Origin: Sinorhizobium meliloti
Lineage (GTDB): Bacteria > Pseudomonadota > Alphaproteobacteria > Rhizobiales > Rhizobiaceae
Direction: 5' to 3'
Length of the DNA stretch: 32,000 nucleotides
Assembly: GCF_017876815.1 (NCBI RefSeq)
Contig: NZ_JAGIOS010000001.1
Location: forward strand, 3,870,001-3,902,000
The position numbers were made by a program, and so were the translations under genes. The notes beneath the pieces are model-generated. The model searched no databases. It was given only the letters and a program-made list of their open reading frames with translations, and was not told the origin of the DNA. This document shows positions 10,441-20,898 of this stretch, in pieces (the stretch's first letter is position 1; each line of letters begins with the position of its first letter).

Positions 10441-10659
10441 ATGGGACTGAAGCATTCGGATATCACCGCCATCCTCGGCCCTGTCGACGAAACGCTGATG
10501 GCTGAACTTCTCGCGACGGGCGCGACCGCGAGTGAACTTGCCGAAGCAATAGCGTGGGTCAACAACGACGAGGCGCTGATCGGCGAAGGCCGCCATCTTC
10601 CGGCCGGCCGCGTTGCGGCGCTGATCGATATTCTGACGCCCGAGGACGACGAGGAGTGA
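10441..10659 (+). CDS. Small acidic protein of unknown function (72 aa)
   Basis: A strong RBS, GGAAGGAGG, ends 5 nt before the ATG. The sequence is MGLKHSDITAILGPVDETLMAELLATGATASELAEAIAWVNNDEALIGEGRHLPAGRVAALIDILTPEDDEE, with about 15 acidic versus 3 basic (K/R) residues. The longer track version (10273..) would run through the upstream terminator. Confidence 0.6.
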   Translation: MGLKHSDITAILGPVDETLMAELLATGATASELAEAIAWVNNDEALIGEGRHLPAGRVAALIDILTPEDDEE

Positions 10660-10791
10660 ATGCAATCGGCAGCGACGGGGGAGCACGGCATGGCCGGCTC
10701 CCCGTCAACCCGCGGCGCTGCAGGAGGAGCGTGCCGGCGACGCGAAAGAAGCACGAATACATTCGGGAATTCCGTGTGGAGGGAGGCATAA

Positions 10792-12420
<1,629 letters not shown>

Positions 12421-12455
12421 GAAGCGCGCTCGAGCACGCACGACCGATGAAGGCC

Positions 12456-12505
12456 GCCCCTCATCCCGCTGCCGCGACCTTCTCCCCGTACGACGGGGAG
12501 AAGGG
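12456..12505. repeat. REP/RIME-like repeat unit (family 1 variant)
   Basis: Sequence GCCCCTCATCCCGCTGCCGCGACCTTCTCCCCGTACGACGGGGAGAAGGG. The stem is CCTTCTCCCCGT/ACGGGGAGAAGG. Relative to the unit at 5900, the C-G pair at the loop-proximal end of the stem is replaced by a T-A pair, a compensatory change. Confidence 0.85.
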
Positions 12506-12529
12506 ACAAGTGGCGAGCCCCCCGCGCGT

Positions 12530-12560
12530 CTCATTCGCCCCGCTGCGGGCGATGAGGGGC
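12530..12560. repeat. Partial or degenerate repeat unit with the inverted CTCAT...GATGAGGGGC head motif
   Basis: CTCATTCGCCCCGCTGCGGGCGATGAGGGGC forms an imperfect hairpin. Its GATGAGGGGC end is the reverse complement of the GCCCCTCATC head at 12456. Confidence 0.6.
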
Positions 12561-12602
12561 GGAGTTCCGTTCGACATAGCGACGCGCGGTTCGCCGCACA
12601 CG

Positions 12603-12649
12603 GCTCTTCATCCCGCTGCGCGACCTTCTCTCCGTTCACGGGAGAAGGG
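12603..12649. repeat. REP/RIME-like repeat unit (family 1 variant)
   Basis: Sequence GCTCTTCATCCCGCTGCGCGACCTTCTCTCCGTTCACGGGAGAAGGG. The architecture is the same, with a 9-bp stem that includes one G-U pair. Confidence 0.8.
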
Positions 12650-12671
12650 ACAAGCGGCGCGCCCCGCGAGT

Positions 12672-12721
12672 CTCCTTCGCCCCGCTTGCGGGGAGAAGGT
12701 GCCGGCAGGCGGATGAGGGGC
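12672..12721. repeat. REP/RIME-like repeat unit (family 1, inverted orientation)
   Basis: Positions 12680-12721 are the exact reverse complement of 5900-5941. I verified 42/42 by hand. Confidence 0.92.
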
Positions 12722-12762
12722 AGCGCCTAAATCAAACCACCAGGTGTTTCTGATCGAGCGGC

Positions 12763-13143
12763 TCAAGCCGGTTCTGTTTCGATACCGCCTTCCGCCAGAT
12801 CCTTGAAGCCGCCGATGTTGTAAACGGCCGAGTATCCCATATCCTGCAGGGTCTTGCCCGCAAGAGCGGAACGGCCGCCGGAGGCACAATGCAGAAGGAT
12901 GGTCTTGTCCTTCTGAAAGACTGGATTGTGATATTGGCTTTCCGGGTCTGCCCGAAACTCCAGCATGCCCCGCGAGACGTTTACCGCCCCCTTGATCCTG
13001 CCGGTTTGCTGGACTTCTGTCGGATCACGGACGTCCACGATCAACACATCACCGGAGCGCATCTTCTCGGCGGCCTCGGCGGGAGACAATTTCGGGACTG
13101 AGCCGTTTGCTTCCGCCAGCAGATCCTTGACGCTCTTGACCAT
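12763..13143 (-). CDS. Rhodanese-domain sulfurtransferase (single domain)
   Basis: 126 aa from the ATG at 13141-13143, with a GGAGGGAAC RBS. The sequence is MVKSVKDLLAEANGSVPKLSPAEAAEKMRSGDVLIVDVRDP...LLHCASGGRSALAG, with the active-site loop CASGGRS. The track extension to 13323 is Arg-rich and runs through the aspS terminator. Confidence 0.88.
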   Translation of the reverse strand: MVKSVKDLLAEANGSVPKLSPAEAAEKMRSGDVLIVDVRDPTEVQQTGRIKGAVNVSRGMLEFRADPESQYHNPVFQKDKTILLHCASGGRSALAGKTLQDMGYSAVYNIGGFKDLAEGGIETEPA

Positions 13144-13267
13144 TGTTCCCTCCAACCGATGAGTTGCACGGAAAGGAAACGCCTCGAAACACCCGCTGTC
13201 AAGGCGAGCGTCACGTACCGCATTCGGGGACACTCTCCTCCTGCGCTTCGAAAACAAGGAACCGGAC

Positions 13268-13298
13268 CAAAGAAAAACCCGGCGAGATCGTCGCCGGG
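13268..13298 (-). terminator. Rho-independent terminator of aspS
   Basis: Minus-strand RNA reads CCCGGCGA-CGAUC-UCGCCGGG (an 8-bp GC-rich stem from 13278-13285 and 13291-13298). It is followed by UUUUUCUUUGG and begins about 22 nt after the aspS stop. Confidence 0.85.
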
Positions 13299-13319
13299 TT
13301 CGTTCGGTCTCGAAGAAGA

Positions 13320-15107
13320 TCAATCCTTCTTCTGCGGGATCGGTCGGATCGAGAGCTCCCTGAGTTGCGCAGGCGTCGCCTGAGAAGGCGCGCCCATCAG
13401 CAGATCCTGGGCCTGCTGGTTCATGGGGAACAGCGAAATCTCGCGCAGGTTCTTGGCGCCGACCAGCAGCATGACGATGCGATCGATGCCGAAGGCCATG
13501 CCGCCATGCGGCGGGGCACCGTACTGGAACGCACGGTAGAGACCGCCGAACCGCTCTTCGACGTCGGCCTGGCTCAGGCCGACATTCTCGAAAGCCTTGA
13601 CCATCAGTTCCGGCGACTGGTTACGGATCGAGCCCGAGGCGATCTCGAAGCCGTTGCAGACCATGTCGTACTGAAACGCCTTGATCGACAGGAGATCGTC
13701 GCTCGAAAGTGCCGTCAGACCGCCCTGCGGCATCGAGAAGGGGTTGTGGGCGAAGTCGACACGCTTTTCCTCCTCGTTCCATTCATAGAACGGGAAGTCC
13801 ACGATCCAGCAAAGCTCATAGCGGTCCCGGTCGACGAGGTTCAGTTCCTCGCCGGCCCTGGTGCGGGCCTCGCCGGCGAACTTGTAGAACTTCGCCGGCT
13901 CGCCAGCCACGAAGAAGCAGGCGTCGCCATCTTCGAGGCCGAGCTGCGTGCGGATCGCATCGGTCCGTTCCTCGCCGATATTCTTGGCCAGCGGACCGGC
14001 GCCTTCGAGCTTCTCGCCCTCCTTGCGCCAGAAGATGTAGCCGAGGCCCGGCTGCCCCTGGCTCTGGGCCCAGGCATTCATGCGATCGCAGAATGCGCGG
14101 GAGCCGCCGGTCTTGGCGGGAATGGCCCAGATCTCCACCTTCGGGTTGGAGGCGATCATGTTGGCGAAGACCTTGAAGCCGGATCCGGCGAAATGCTCCG
14201 TGACTTCCTGCATCTCGATGGGGTTGCGCAGATCCGGCTTGTCGGAACCGTATTTGCGGATCGCCGTGTCGTAGGGGATACGCGGGAACTTGTCGGTCAC
14301 CGGCTTGCCGCCGGCGAAATCCGAGAAGATTGCCCGGATCATCGGCTCCATGGCGTCCCAGACGTCTTCCTGCTCGACGAAGCTCATCTCGAGGTCGAGC
14401 TGGTAGAACTCGCCGGGCAGCCGGTCGGCGCGCGGATCCTCGTCGCGGAAACAGGGCGCGATCTGGAAGTAGCGGTCGAAGCCGGCGACCATCAGAAGCT
14501 GCTTGTATTGCTGCGGCGCCTGCGGCAGCGCATAGAAGTTGCCCGGGTGGATGCGGCTCGGCACCAGGAAGTCACGCGCACCTTCCGGCGAGGAGGCCGT
14601 CAGGATCGGCGTCGTGTATTCGGTAAAGCCGATGTCGCCCATCCGCCGGCGCATTGCGGCGATGATCTCGGTGCGCCTGACGATGTTCTTGTGCAGCGTC
14701 TCGCGGCGGAGATCCAGGAAGCGGTATTTCAGGCGCACGTCTTCCGGATAGTCCGGCTCGCCGAAGACCGGCAGCGGCAGCTCCTTGGCGGCCGAGAGAA
14801 CCTCGATCTCGCGGGCATAGAGTTCGACCTCGCCGGTGGGCATGTTCTTGTTGACCGTATCGTCGGTGCGCGCCTTGACGGCGCCATCGACGCGAATGAC
14901 CCATTCGCCGCGCACGGTCTCGGCGGTCTTGAAGGCCGGCGAATCCGGATCGGCGACGACCTGGGTCATGCCGTAATGGTCGCGCAGGTCGATGAAGAGC
15001 ACGCCGCCGTGATCGCGGACGCGGTGAACCCAGCCGGAAAGGCGAACGGTGGAGCCGACATCCGACTTGCGGAGGGCGGCACAGGTGTGGCTGCGGTAAC
15101 GGTGCAT
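13320..15107 (-). CDS. aspS: Aspartate--tRNA ligase (bacterial type; probably non-discriminating Asp/Asn as in other alphaproteobacteria)
   Basis: 595 aa from the ATG at 15105-15107: [46 protein letters not shown]. Class II motifs are present ([23 protein letters not shown].., [12 protein letters not shown]). The upstream 63 codons of the track ORF are Arg/Cys-rich and non-coding-like. Confidence 0.95.
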   Translation of the reverse strand: MHRYRSHTCAALRKSDVGSTVRLSGWVHRVRDHGGVLFIDLRDHYGMTQVVADPDSPAFKTAETVRGEWVIRVDGAVKARTDDTVNKNMPTGEVELYAREIEVLSAAKELPLPVFGEPDYPEDVRLKYRFLDLRRETLHKNIVRRTEIIAAMRRRMGDIGFTEYTTPILTASSPEGARDFLVPSRIHPGNFYALPQAPQQYKQLLMVAGFDRYFQIAPCFRDEDPRADRLPGEFYQLDLEMSFVEQEDVWDAMEPMIRAIFSDFAGGKPVTDKFPRIPYDTAIRKYGSDKPDLRNPIEMQEVTEHFAGSGFKVFANMIASNPKVEIWAIPAKTGGSRAFCDRMNAWAQSQGQPGLGYIFWRKEGEKLEGAGPLAKNIGEERTDAIRTQLGLEDGDACFFVAGEPAKFYKFAGEARTRAGEELNLVDRDRYELCWIVDFPFYEWNEEEKRVDFAHNPFSMPQGGLTALSSDDLLSIKAFQYDMVCNGFEIASGSIRNQSPELMVKAFENVGLSQADVEERFGGLYRAFQYGAPPHGGMAFGIDRIVMLLVGAKNLREISLFPMNQQAQDLLMGAPSQATPAQLRELSIRPIPQKKD

Positions 15108-15411
15108 CGTATAGTCCCGGAATTGCTTAAAGGCCGCGCAGCTCGCAGAACGGCGCAGGGCGGCATGGTCAAAGTCGGGCGGAAAAGCGCATGATGCGCC
15201 GGTTTTGTCAAGGCCGCGGCGGCGCCGGCGGCAAGAGCGCTGCCCCGGTCGCACAAGTTGCCCGCTTCGACCACAGCCGCAAGCGGTACGGCGCAAATTT
15301 GGACACGAGTGGTCACAAATTGCTACTGTTCCCGCGCGTCAGCCACGGTTAAACAGGGGCAAGGGTCGCGTATCGCGCGAGTCGCGGCCGCAATCGGATG
15401 CCTTCTGTTCC

Positions 15412-16647
15412 ATGTCCCAGATTCGCCCGCTCATCCCGCTGCTCGTCACCGCAGGCATTCTGATCGGCGGCAACGGGTTGCAGGGCACGTTCATTTCCTT
15501 GAGAGCGCTCGAAGAAGGATTCTCGACCTCGCTGATCGGCGTGATCGGCGCCGGCTACAATGTCGGCTTTGCAATCGGCTGCGTCTACGTCACCCGCATT
15601 CTGAGGGCGATCGGCCATATCCGCACCTTTTCGGCGATGGCAGCCATCGCTTCCGCCGCTGCGATCGCCATGGTGCTCGTCATCGATCCGTGGTTCTGGT
15701 TCCTGATGCGGCTCGTCGCCGGCATCTGCTTCGCGAGTCTCTTCGCCACGGTCGAGAGCTGGTTGAATGCCAGCGTCACCAACGGCAACCGCGCGCGTAC
15801 CCTTTCGATCTATCGCCTCGTCGATCTCGGCTCGGTGACGGCTGCACAATATGCAATTCCCGGCATCGGGATCGGCGGCTTCGAGCTTTTCGCCATCATC
15901 TCGATGGCGCTGACGCTTTCGCTCGTGCCGATCTCCTTTGCCGATCGGTCGAGCCCGGTCGCACCGGAAGCGATACGCTTCGACGTGAAGGCGCTCTGGA
16001 ACATCTCGCCGCTGGCCACCATCGGCTGCATCGTCGTCGGCCTCACCAATGCCGCGTTCCGCTCGCTCGGCCCTATCTATGCGCAGGAGATCGGCCTTTC
16101 GGTGACGGCGATCGCAACCTTCATGAGCGCCGGCATCATCGGCGGCGTCGTGCTTCAATATCCGCTGGGATACTACTCCGACCGGATCGACCGCAGGCTG
16201 ATCATCCTGATCGCCACCTTCGGCTCCCTTCTCGCGGGGCTCTTCCTCGCCTTCGTCGCCGGAAGCGACGAGTGGTTGAACTTCGCCGGCATCTTCGCCT
16301 TCGGCGCATTCGCGATGCCGCTCTTCTCGCTCTGCTCCGCGCATGCCAACGACCATGCGGCCGAAGGCCAGCATGCGCTCGTCTCCGCCGGCATGCTCTT
16401 TTTCTGGTCGCTCGGAGCCATCATCGGGCCGCTCCTCGCATCCTTCCTGCTCGAGATCTTCGAACCGCCTGTGCTCTTCATCTATACGGCAGCAATCCTG
16501 GCGCTCTTCATGGCCTACACGATCCGGCGCATGACCGCGCGCAAACCCGTTCCAACCGAGGAACGGTCGATGCGGTTTCGCAGCCTTCTGCGCACATCGT
16601 CCTTCTTCAACAAGCTTGCGGGCGGCCAGACGCGGAAAGAGCCTTGA
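15412..16647 (+). CDS. MFS transporter
   Basis: 411 aa from ATG 15412 (MSQIRPLIPLLVTAGILIGGNGLQGTF...), with about 12 hydrophobic helices. No obvious SD is present, so the start is moderately uncertain. Confidence 0.85.
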   Translation: MSQIRPLIPLLVTAGILIGGNGLQGTFISLRALEEGFSTSLIGVIGAGYNVGFAIGCVYVTRILRAIGHIRTFSAMAAIASAAAIAMVLVIDPWFWFLMRLVAGICFASLFATVESWLNASVTNGNRARTLSIYRLVDLGSVTAAQYAIPGIGIGGFELFAIISMALTLSLVPISFADRSSPVAPEAIRFDVKALWNISPLATIGCIVVGLTNAAFRSLGPIYAQEIGLSVTAIATFMSAGIIGGVVLQYPLGYYSDRIDRRLIILIATFGSLLAGLFLAFVAGSDEWLNFAGIFAFGAFAMPLFSLCSAHANDHAAEGQHALVSAGMLFFWSLGAIIGPLLASFLLEIFEPPVLFIYTAAILALFMAYTIRRMTARKPVPTEERSMRFRSLLRTSSFFNKLAGGQTRKEP

Positions 16648-16667
16648 TCCGATAGGGCTGCAGCTAG

Positions 16668-16711
16668 AGCGGGATGAGGAAAAGTGCGTGCGGTTTTCCG
16701 CCCGCATCCCG
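16668..16711. repeat. Imperfect long hairpin element (outer 8-bp plus inner 6-bp helices)
   Basis: GCGGGATG (16668-16675) pairs with CATCCCGC (16704-16711), and GGAAAA (16677-16682) pairs with TTTTCC (16693-16698). The core AAAAGTGCGTGCGGTTTTCC resembles a motif I recall recurring in Rhizobiales intergenic regions. I cannot count copies here. Confidence 0.6.
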
Positions 16712-16730
16712 CGTCTCAACTTCTCGGAAT

Positions 16731-16774
16731 CGATCACGATGTTTTAGGTCGACCCGGCCCAAAAACATCGTGAT
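16731..16774. repeat. Perfect 14-bp inverted repeat with a 16-nt loop
   Basis: GATCACGATGTTTT (16731-16744) pairs with AAAACATCGTGATC (16761-16774), between the MFS and multicopper oxidase genes. Confidence 0.8.
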
Positions 16775-16903
16775 CTACGCGCCGCTGCCGAATTGCTGAA
16801 AGTGAAAATCAGGTTTAATAACGGACCGGACCGTTTTTCGGGGGCGAAGCGTGCTTTGCCGCGCCGCTCCCCTCCCTCCGGAAATAGACACGCAAAGATA
16901 CCG

Positions 16904-18298
16904 ATGCTCAATCGCCGAATGTTTCTCCAGGGTTCAGCCGCGCTTGGCGGCGCCTTCACGCTCGGCGCCGGTCTCGCCGCGAGGGCGGGCGCAGCCCCCG
17001 ATCCGCAGATCCTGACGGCGCGGTTCGCCGAGGCGCAGATCGCGGCCGGCGGCGTCACCCCCCGGGTCATGACCTATGATCCGGGCGATCCGGCAAGCAC
17101 CGCCATGCCGCCCGTTTTGAGGATGCGCAAGGGCGAGCCCTTCGCGGCGAGGCTGGTCAACCGTCTGGACGAGCCGACGACCGTCCACTGGCATGGACTG
17201 AGGATCGCCAATGCGATGGACGGCGTGCCGGAAATGACGCAGCCCTATGTCTATCCCGGCGACGGCTTCGACTATCTCTTCACACCGCCGGACGCCGGCA
17301 CCTTCTGGTACCACCCGCACTGCAATACGCTGATGCAGATGGGGAGCGGCCTGACTGGCGTGATCGTCGTCGAGAACCCGGAGGATCCGAGTTTCGATTC
17401 CGAGATCGTTCTCAACCTCAGGGACTGGCGGCTCGGCGCGAGCGGCGAGTTCATCGCCCCTTTCAAACCGCGGGATGCGGCGCGCGGCGGGACCTATGGA
17501 ACGGTGAGAACCGCGAACTGGCAGCGCGAGCCGGTCTACGACGCTCCCGCCGGCGGGCTCGTCCGCGTGAGAATCGCCGCAACCGACGTTACGCGCATCT
17601 ACACGATCGGGCTCGAAGGCGCAGAGGCCAGGGTGATCGCCCTCGACGGCAACCCGGTCGAAATCCCCTTCGCGCTCGACCGGCTCGACCTCGGCCCCGG
17701 CCAGCGCGTCGATCTTGCGCTCCGCATGCCGCAGAGCGAGGGCCAGCACGCACGGCTTGGCAATTTCCGCGGCTCCAGCCCCTGGACGATCGCAGCCTTC
17801 CGGGCAGTCGGCACTTCGCTGAAGCGGGAGCTCGGGGATATCGCACCTCTGCCCCCGAACCCCGTTGCCGAAGCCGACATTTCCACGGCCAAGCGTATTC
17901 CGATCGACCTGACCGCTACGGCCGAGCACGAGCCGGCCGCTTCGATCTGCGGCTCGCTCGGTTATACGTTCTGGGCGATCAACAAGGTTCCGTGGCCAGG
18001 TGACACGCCCGATCCGGTCGCCCCCATCGAGGAACTCAAATTCGGGAAAAGCTATGTGCTGGAGATCGCCAACCGCACGCCGCATGCCCATCCGATCCAT
18101 CTGCATGGGCTGAGCTTCCGCATCCTCGCCTCTAACAGGCGGAGCGTGCTGCCGCCGCCGACCGACACGATCCTGCTCTTGCCGGACGAACAGGCGCAGC
18201 TCGCACTGGTCGCGGACAATCCCGGCGACTGGGTCTTCCATTGCCATATCATCGAACATCAAAAGACCGGGATGTCGGCTTATTTCCGGGTCGCCTGA
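16904..18298 (+). CDS. Tat-exported multicopper oxidase
   Basis: 464 aa from ATG 16904: MLNRRMFLQGSAALGGAFTLGAGLAARAGA (twin-arginine signal). All four canonical copper-ligand motifs are present: HWHG, HPHC, HPIHLHG and HCHIIEHQKTGM. Confidence 0.92.
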   Translation: MLNRRMFLQGSAALGGAFTLGAGLAARAGAAPDPQILTARFAEAQIAAGGVTPRVMTYDPGDPASTAMPPVLRMRKGEPFAARLVNRLDEPTTVHWHGLRIANAMDGVPEMTQPYVYPGDGFDYLFTPPDAGTFWYHPHCNTLMQMGSGLTGVIVVENPEDPSFDSEIVLNLRDWRLGASGEFIAPFKPRDAARGGTYGTVRTANWQREPVYDAPAGGLVRVRIAATDVTRIYTIGLEGAEARVIALDGNPVEIPFALDRLDLGPGQRVDLALRMPQSEGQHARLGNFRGSSPWTIAAFRAVGTSLKRELGDIAPLPPNPVAEADISTAKRIPIDLTATAEHEPAASICGSLGYTFWAINKVPWPGDTPDPVAPIEELKFGKSYVLEIANRTPHAHPIHLHGLSFRILASNRRSVLPPPTDTILLLPDEQAQLALVADNPGDWVFHCHIIEHQKTGMSAYFRVA

Positions 18299-18379
18299 CA
18301 ATTTCGATTGTGACAGGTGCCGTGAAACGGTACACGGGGAAACTCAAAGCCGCATTTTTGCCACAGTGATTAAAGCCCG

Positions 18380-19531
18380 ATGATTCAAACGACAGCAGAT
18401 CTTGAGGCCGCCTGCCGAGAGCTGGCCCGTTCAAGCTATATTACGATCGATACGGAGTTCCTGCGCGAAACCACGTTCTGGCCGGTGCTGTGCCTCATTC
18501 AGATGGCAAGCCCGGAAATGGCAGTGATCGTCGATCCGATGGCACCCGGGATCGACCTCGCCCCGTTCTTCGCGCTGATGAGCAACCCGGATGTCGTGAA
18601 GGTGTTCCACGCCGCCAGGCAGGACATCGAGATCATCCACCATCTCGGAAATCTCATTCCTCATCCGATCTTCGATACGCAGGTGGCCGCGATGGTTTGC
18701 GGCTTCGGTGACAGCGTGTCCTATGACCAGCTCGTCAACCGCATCAAGAACGAGCAGATCGACAAGTCGTCCCGCTTCACCGATTGGAGCCGCAGACCGC
18801 TCACCGACAAGCAGCTCGACTATGCGCTGGCGGACGTGACGCATCTGAGGGATATCTACCAGTACCTCACCAAGGAACTGGATCGCGAGGGACGCTCCTC
18901 ATGGCTTGCGGAGGAAATGGCGATCCTCGAAAGCCGGGAGACCTACGATCTCCACCCGGACAATGCCTGGCAGCGGCTGAAGATGCGGGTGAAGAAACCC
19001 ATCGAGCTCGCCGTCCTGCAGAAGGTGGCGGCGTGGCGCGAACGCGAAGCGCGCGCCCGCAACGTGCCGCGCGGGCGAATTATCAAGGATGATGCGATCT
19101 ATGAGATTGCGCAGCAGCAGCCGAAGGATGCCGAGGCGCTCGGACGCCTCAGGACCATTCCCAAGGGCTGGGAGCGCTCCAGCGCGGGGACGGCCCTCAT
19201 CGAGGCAGTCGGCGAAGCCCTTGCGATCCCGAGGGGCGAGCTGCCGCGCCTGCCGCGCCAGAACCACGCACCCGAGGGCGCTGCGGCGGCGAGCGAGCTG
19301 CTCAAGGTGCTGCTGAAACTCATCTCCGAAAAGGAGGGAGTCGCGGCCAAGATCATCGCCAACAGCGACGATCTCGACAGGATCGCAGCCGAGGGCGAAG
19401 GTGCGGACGTCGCCGCGCTCAAGGGCTGGCGGCGTGAGCTCTTCGGCATGACGGCGCTGAAACTCATCAACGGCGAGGTGGCATTGCGCTTCGTCGACAA
19501 AAAAGTCGAGGCGATGGAAATCGGCGGTTGA
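18380..19531 (+). CDS. rnd: Ribonuclease D
   Basis: 383 aa with DEDD 3'-5' exonuclease motifs (ITIDTEFLRE, KVFHAARQDIEI, DYALADVTHL) followed by an HRDC region. Confidence 0.92.
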   Translation: MIQTTADLEAACRELARSSYITIDTEFLRETTFWPVLCLIQMASPEMAVIVDPMAPGIDLAPFFALMSNPDVVKVFHAARQDIEIIHHLGNLIPHPIFDTQVAAMVCGFGDSVSYDQLVNRIKNEQIDKSSRFTDWSRRPLTDKQLDYALADVTHLRDIYQYLTKELDREGRSSWLAEEMAILESRETYDLHPDNAWQRLKMRVKKPIELAVLQKVAAWREREARARNVPRGRIIKDDAIYEIAQQQPKDAEALGRLRTIPKGWERSSAGTALIEAVGEALAIPRGELPRLPRQNHAPEGAAAASELLKVLLKLISEKEGVAAKIIANSDDLDRIAAEGEGADVAALKGWRRELFGMTALKLINGEVALRFVDKKVEAMEIGG

Positions 19532-19736
19532 AAACCGCCGCTCGACGACAACTTTCCGCCCGAATCTGAGCTTAGCCGAGACATTTCGAGGGCTGATCGC
19601 CGCCGCCCGGCCCCGCGGGCTTCAACTGCATGTGTCCTTTCAGGACAAAACATGTAGCAACTCAAATTGCTCCGGCGACCTTTGCGTGCCTGATAAGACG
19701 CGCGGCGCTGTAAATTCTCGATTTCGAGGCTGTCAC

Positions 19737-20828
19737 ATGCGCTGGAGATTTTCCACGCTCGAGATCATCCTGTTGCTGCTCGTCGTCGCCGGCAGCGGCA
19801 TGGCCTATGCGTGGGTCGTCTACGGCGGCGGCGGCCTGATCGGCGCAACCTATGCGCTCTTCATGTGCATGCCGATTCTCGCCTTTGAACGGCACATCAT
19901 CTTCCGGCGCCTTTACCGGAGAATCCACGGATCGCCGACGCCGGCGTTTCTTCTCTCGTCCCTCGCCGTCTACTTCATATTCGTCAACGTCGGATACGCA
20001 GCCGCCGGGCTGCTTTTGCACGTCGCCGGCGTCATGCGTGAAAGCAGGACGGACGCGATGCTGCCATCGCTCAACGTGCTGGTGTACGCACTTGCGACCT
20101 CCGGTCCGATCATCTTCGTGCTCAGGGTGCGCGAATTGCTCGGCCGCGACGTTTTCCTGAGCCTCCTGACCGGACGATACCGCAAGCCGGTGCAGGAGGA
20201 ACGCGTGTTTCTTTTCATCGATCTCGCCGGATCGACATCGCTTGCCGAGCGCTTCGGCGACCTGCGCATGCAGGAATATTTGGGAAAGCTGTTTGCAGCC
20301 ATGGCTGATCCCGTGCTGCGCTATGGCGGGTCCATCGACGACTATGTCGGCGACGCTGCCGTGATCACCTGGCCTTACGATCGCGCTGTCGCGGATGCAG
20401 CCTGCATCCGCTGCGTGTTCGACATTCTGGAGCAGATCGAAGCGGACGCCCATCGCTGGCAAAAAGACTACGGCGAGGTGCCGCGCCTGCGTGCCGCTCT
20501 GCATGGCGGCACGATCGTTGCCGCGGAGATCGGCGTCGACAAGCACAAGATCACCTATTTCGGCGACACCGTGAACACGACGGCACGCCTCGAGGGCCTG
20601 TGCCGAACGCTAAACCGTCAGGTCTTGATCTCAGCCGATCTGCTGCGGCGCTTGCGCCCGCCCGTCTTCGTGCGCGCCGAGGATCTCGGCGAGCATGAGG
20701 TCAAAGGTCGTGGCCAGAAGCTCGCGGTTCTGTCGCTCACGGCCGGTTCGCTCAGCGGCGACGGCGCCACGGAACCAGCCGGGGAGACCGTTCGCAGTCC
20801 GGCCGCCGAGGCTTTCACCTCGCTGTAA
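19737..20828 (+). CDS. Membrane-anchored class III adenylate/guanylate cyclase
   Basis: 363 aa from ATG 19737, with GAGG 8 nt upstream. The N-terminus has about 4-5 TM helices. The C-terminal cyclase homology domain reads VFLFIDLAGSTSLAERFGD...DDYVGDAAVITW...YFGDTVNTTARLEG. Confidence 0.88.
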   Translation: MRWRFSTLEIILLLLVVAGSGMAYAWVVYGGGGLIGATYALFMCMPILAFERHIIFRRLYRRIHGSPTPAFLLSSLAVYFIFVNVGYAAAGLLLHVAGVMRESRTDAMLPSLNVLVYALATSGPIIFVLRVRELLGRDVFLSLLTGRYRKPVQEERVFLFIDLAGSTSLAERFGDLRMQEYLGKLFAAMADPVLRYGGSIDDYVGDAAVITWPYDRAVADAACIRCVFDILEQIEADAHRWQKDYGEVPRLRAALHGGTIVAAEIGVDKHKITYFGDTVNTTARLEGLCRTLNRQVLISADLLRRLRPPVFVRAEDLGEHEVKGRGQKLAVLSLTAGSLSGDGATEPAGETVRSPAAEAFTSL

Positions 20829-20898
20829 GACAAACATCAAACAGTTGTCATCGAAGCCGCCTATCGGGTTCACCTGCACTCCAACCCGAGGTGAAGTT

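Noticed and set aside
10660-10791. CIRCE/HrcA operator or RpoH promoter upstream of groEL
   Set aside because: I searched by eye for TTAGCACTC-N9-GAGTGCTAA and for CTTGAA-N16/17-CCANAT and found neither. Only a GC-rich hairpin (10675-10705) and short palindromes around GAATTC are present.
13143-15194. 683-aa plus-strand ORF
   Set aside because: It is antisense to aspS, whose identity is unambiguous. This is a high-GC frame artefact.
15349-18301. Long minus-strand ORFs 15349..16737 and 16934..18301
   Set aside because: They are antisense to the MFS transporter and the multicopper oxidase respectively. Both are Arg/Asp/Gly-rich with no motifs.
19522-19540. Hairpin CGGCGGTT-GAA-AACCGCCG at the rnd stop, considered as an intrinsic terminator (likewise GGATAGCG/CGCTATCC at 6533-6562 after parC)
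   Set aside because: Both are stable stems but lack a downstream U-tract, so terminator function cannot be asserted from sequence alone.
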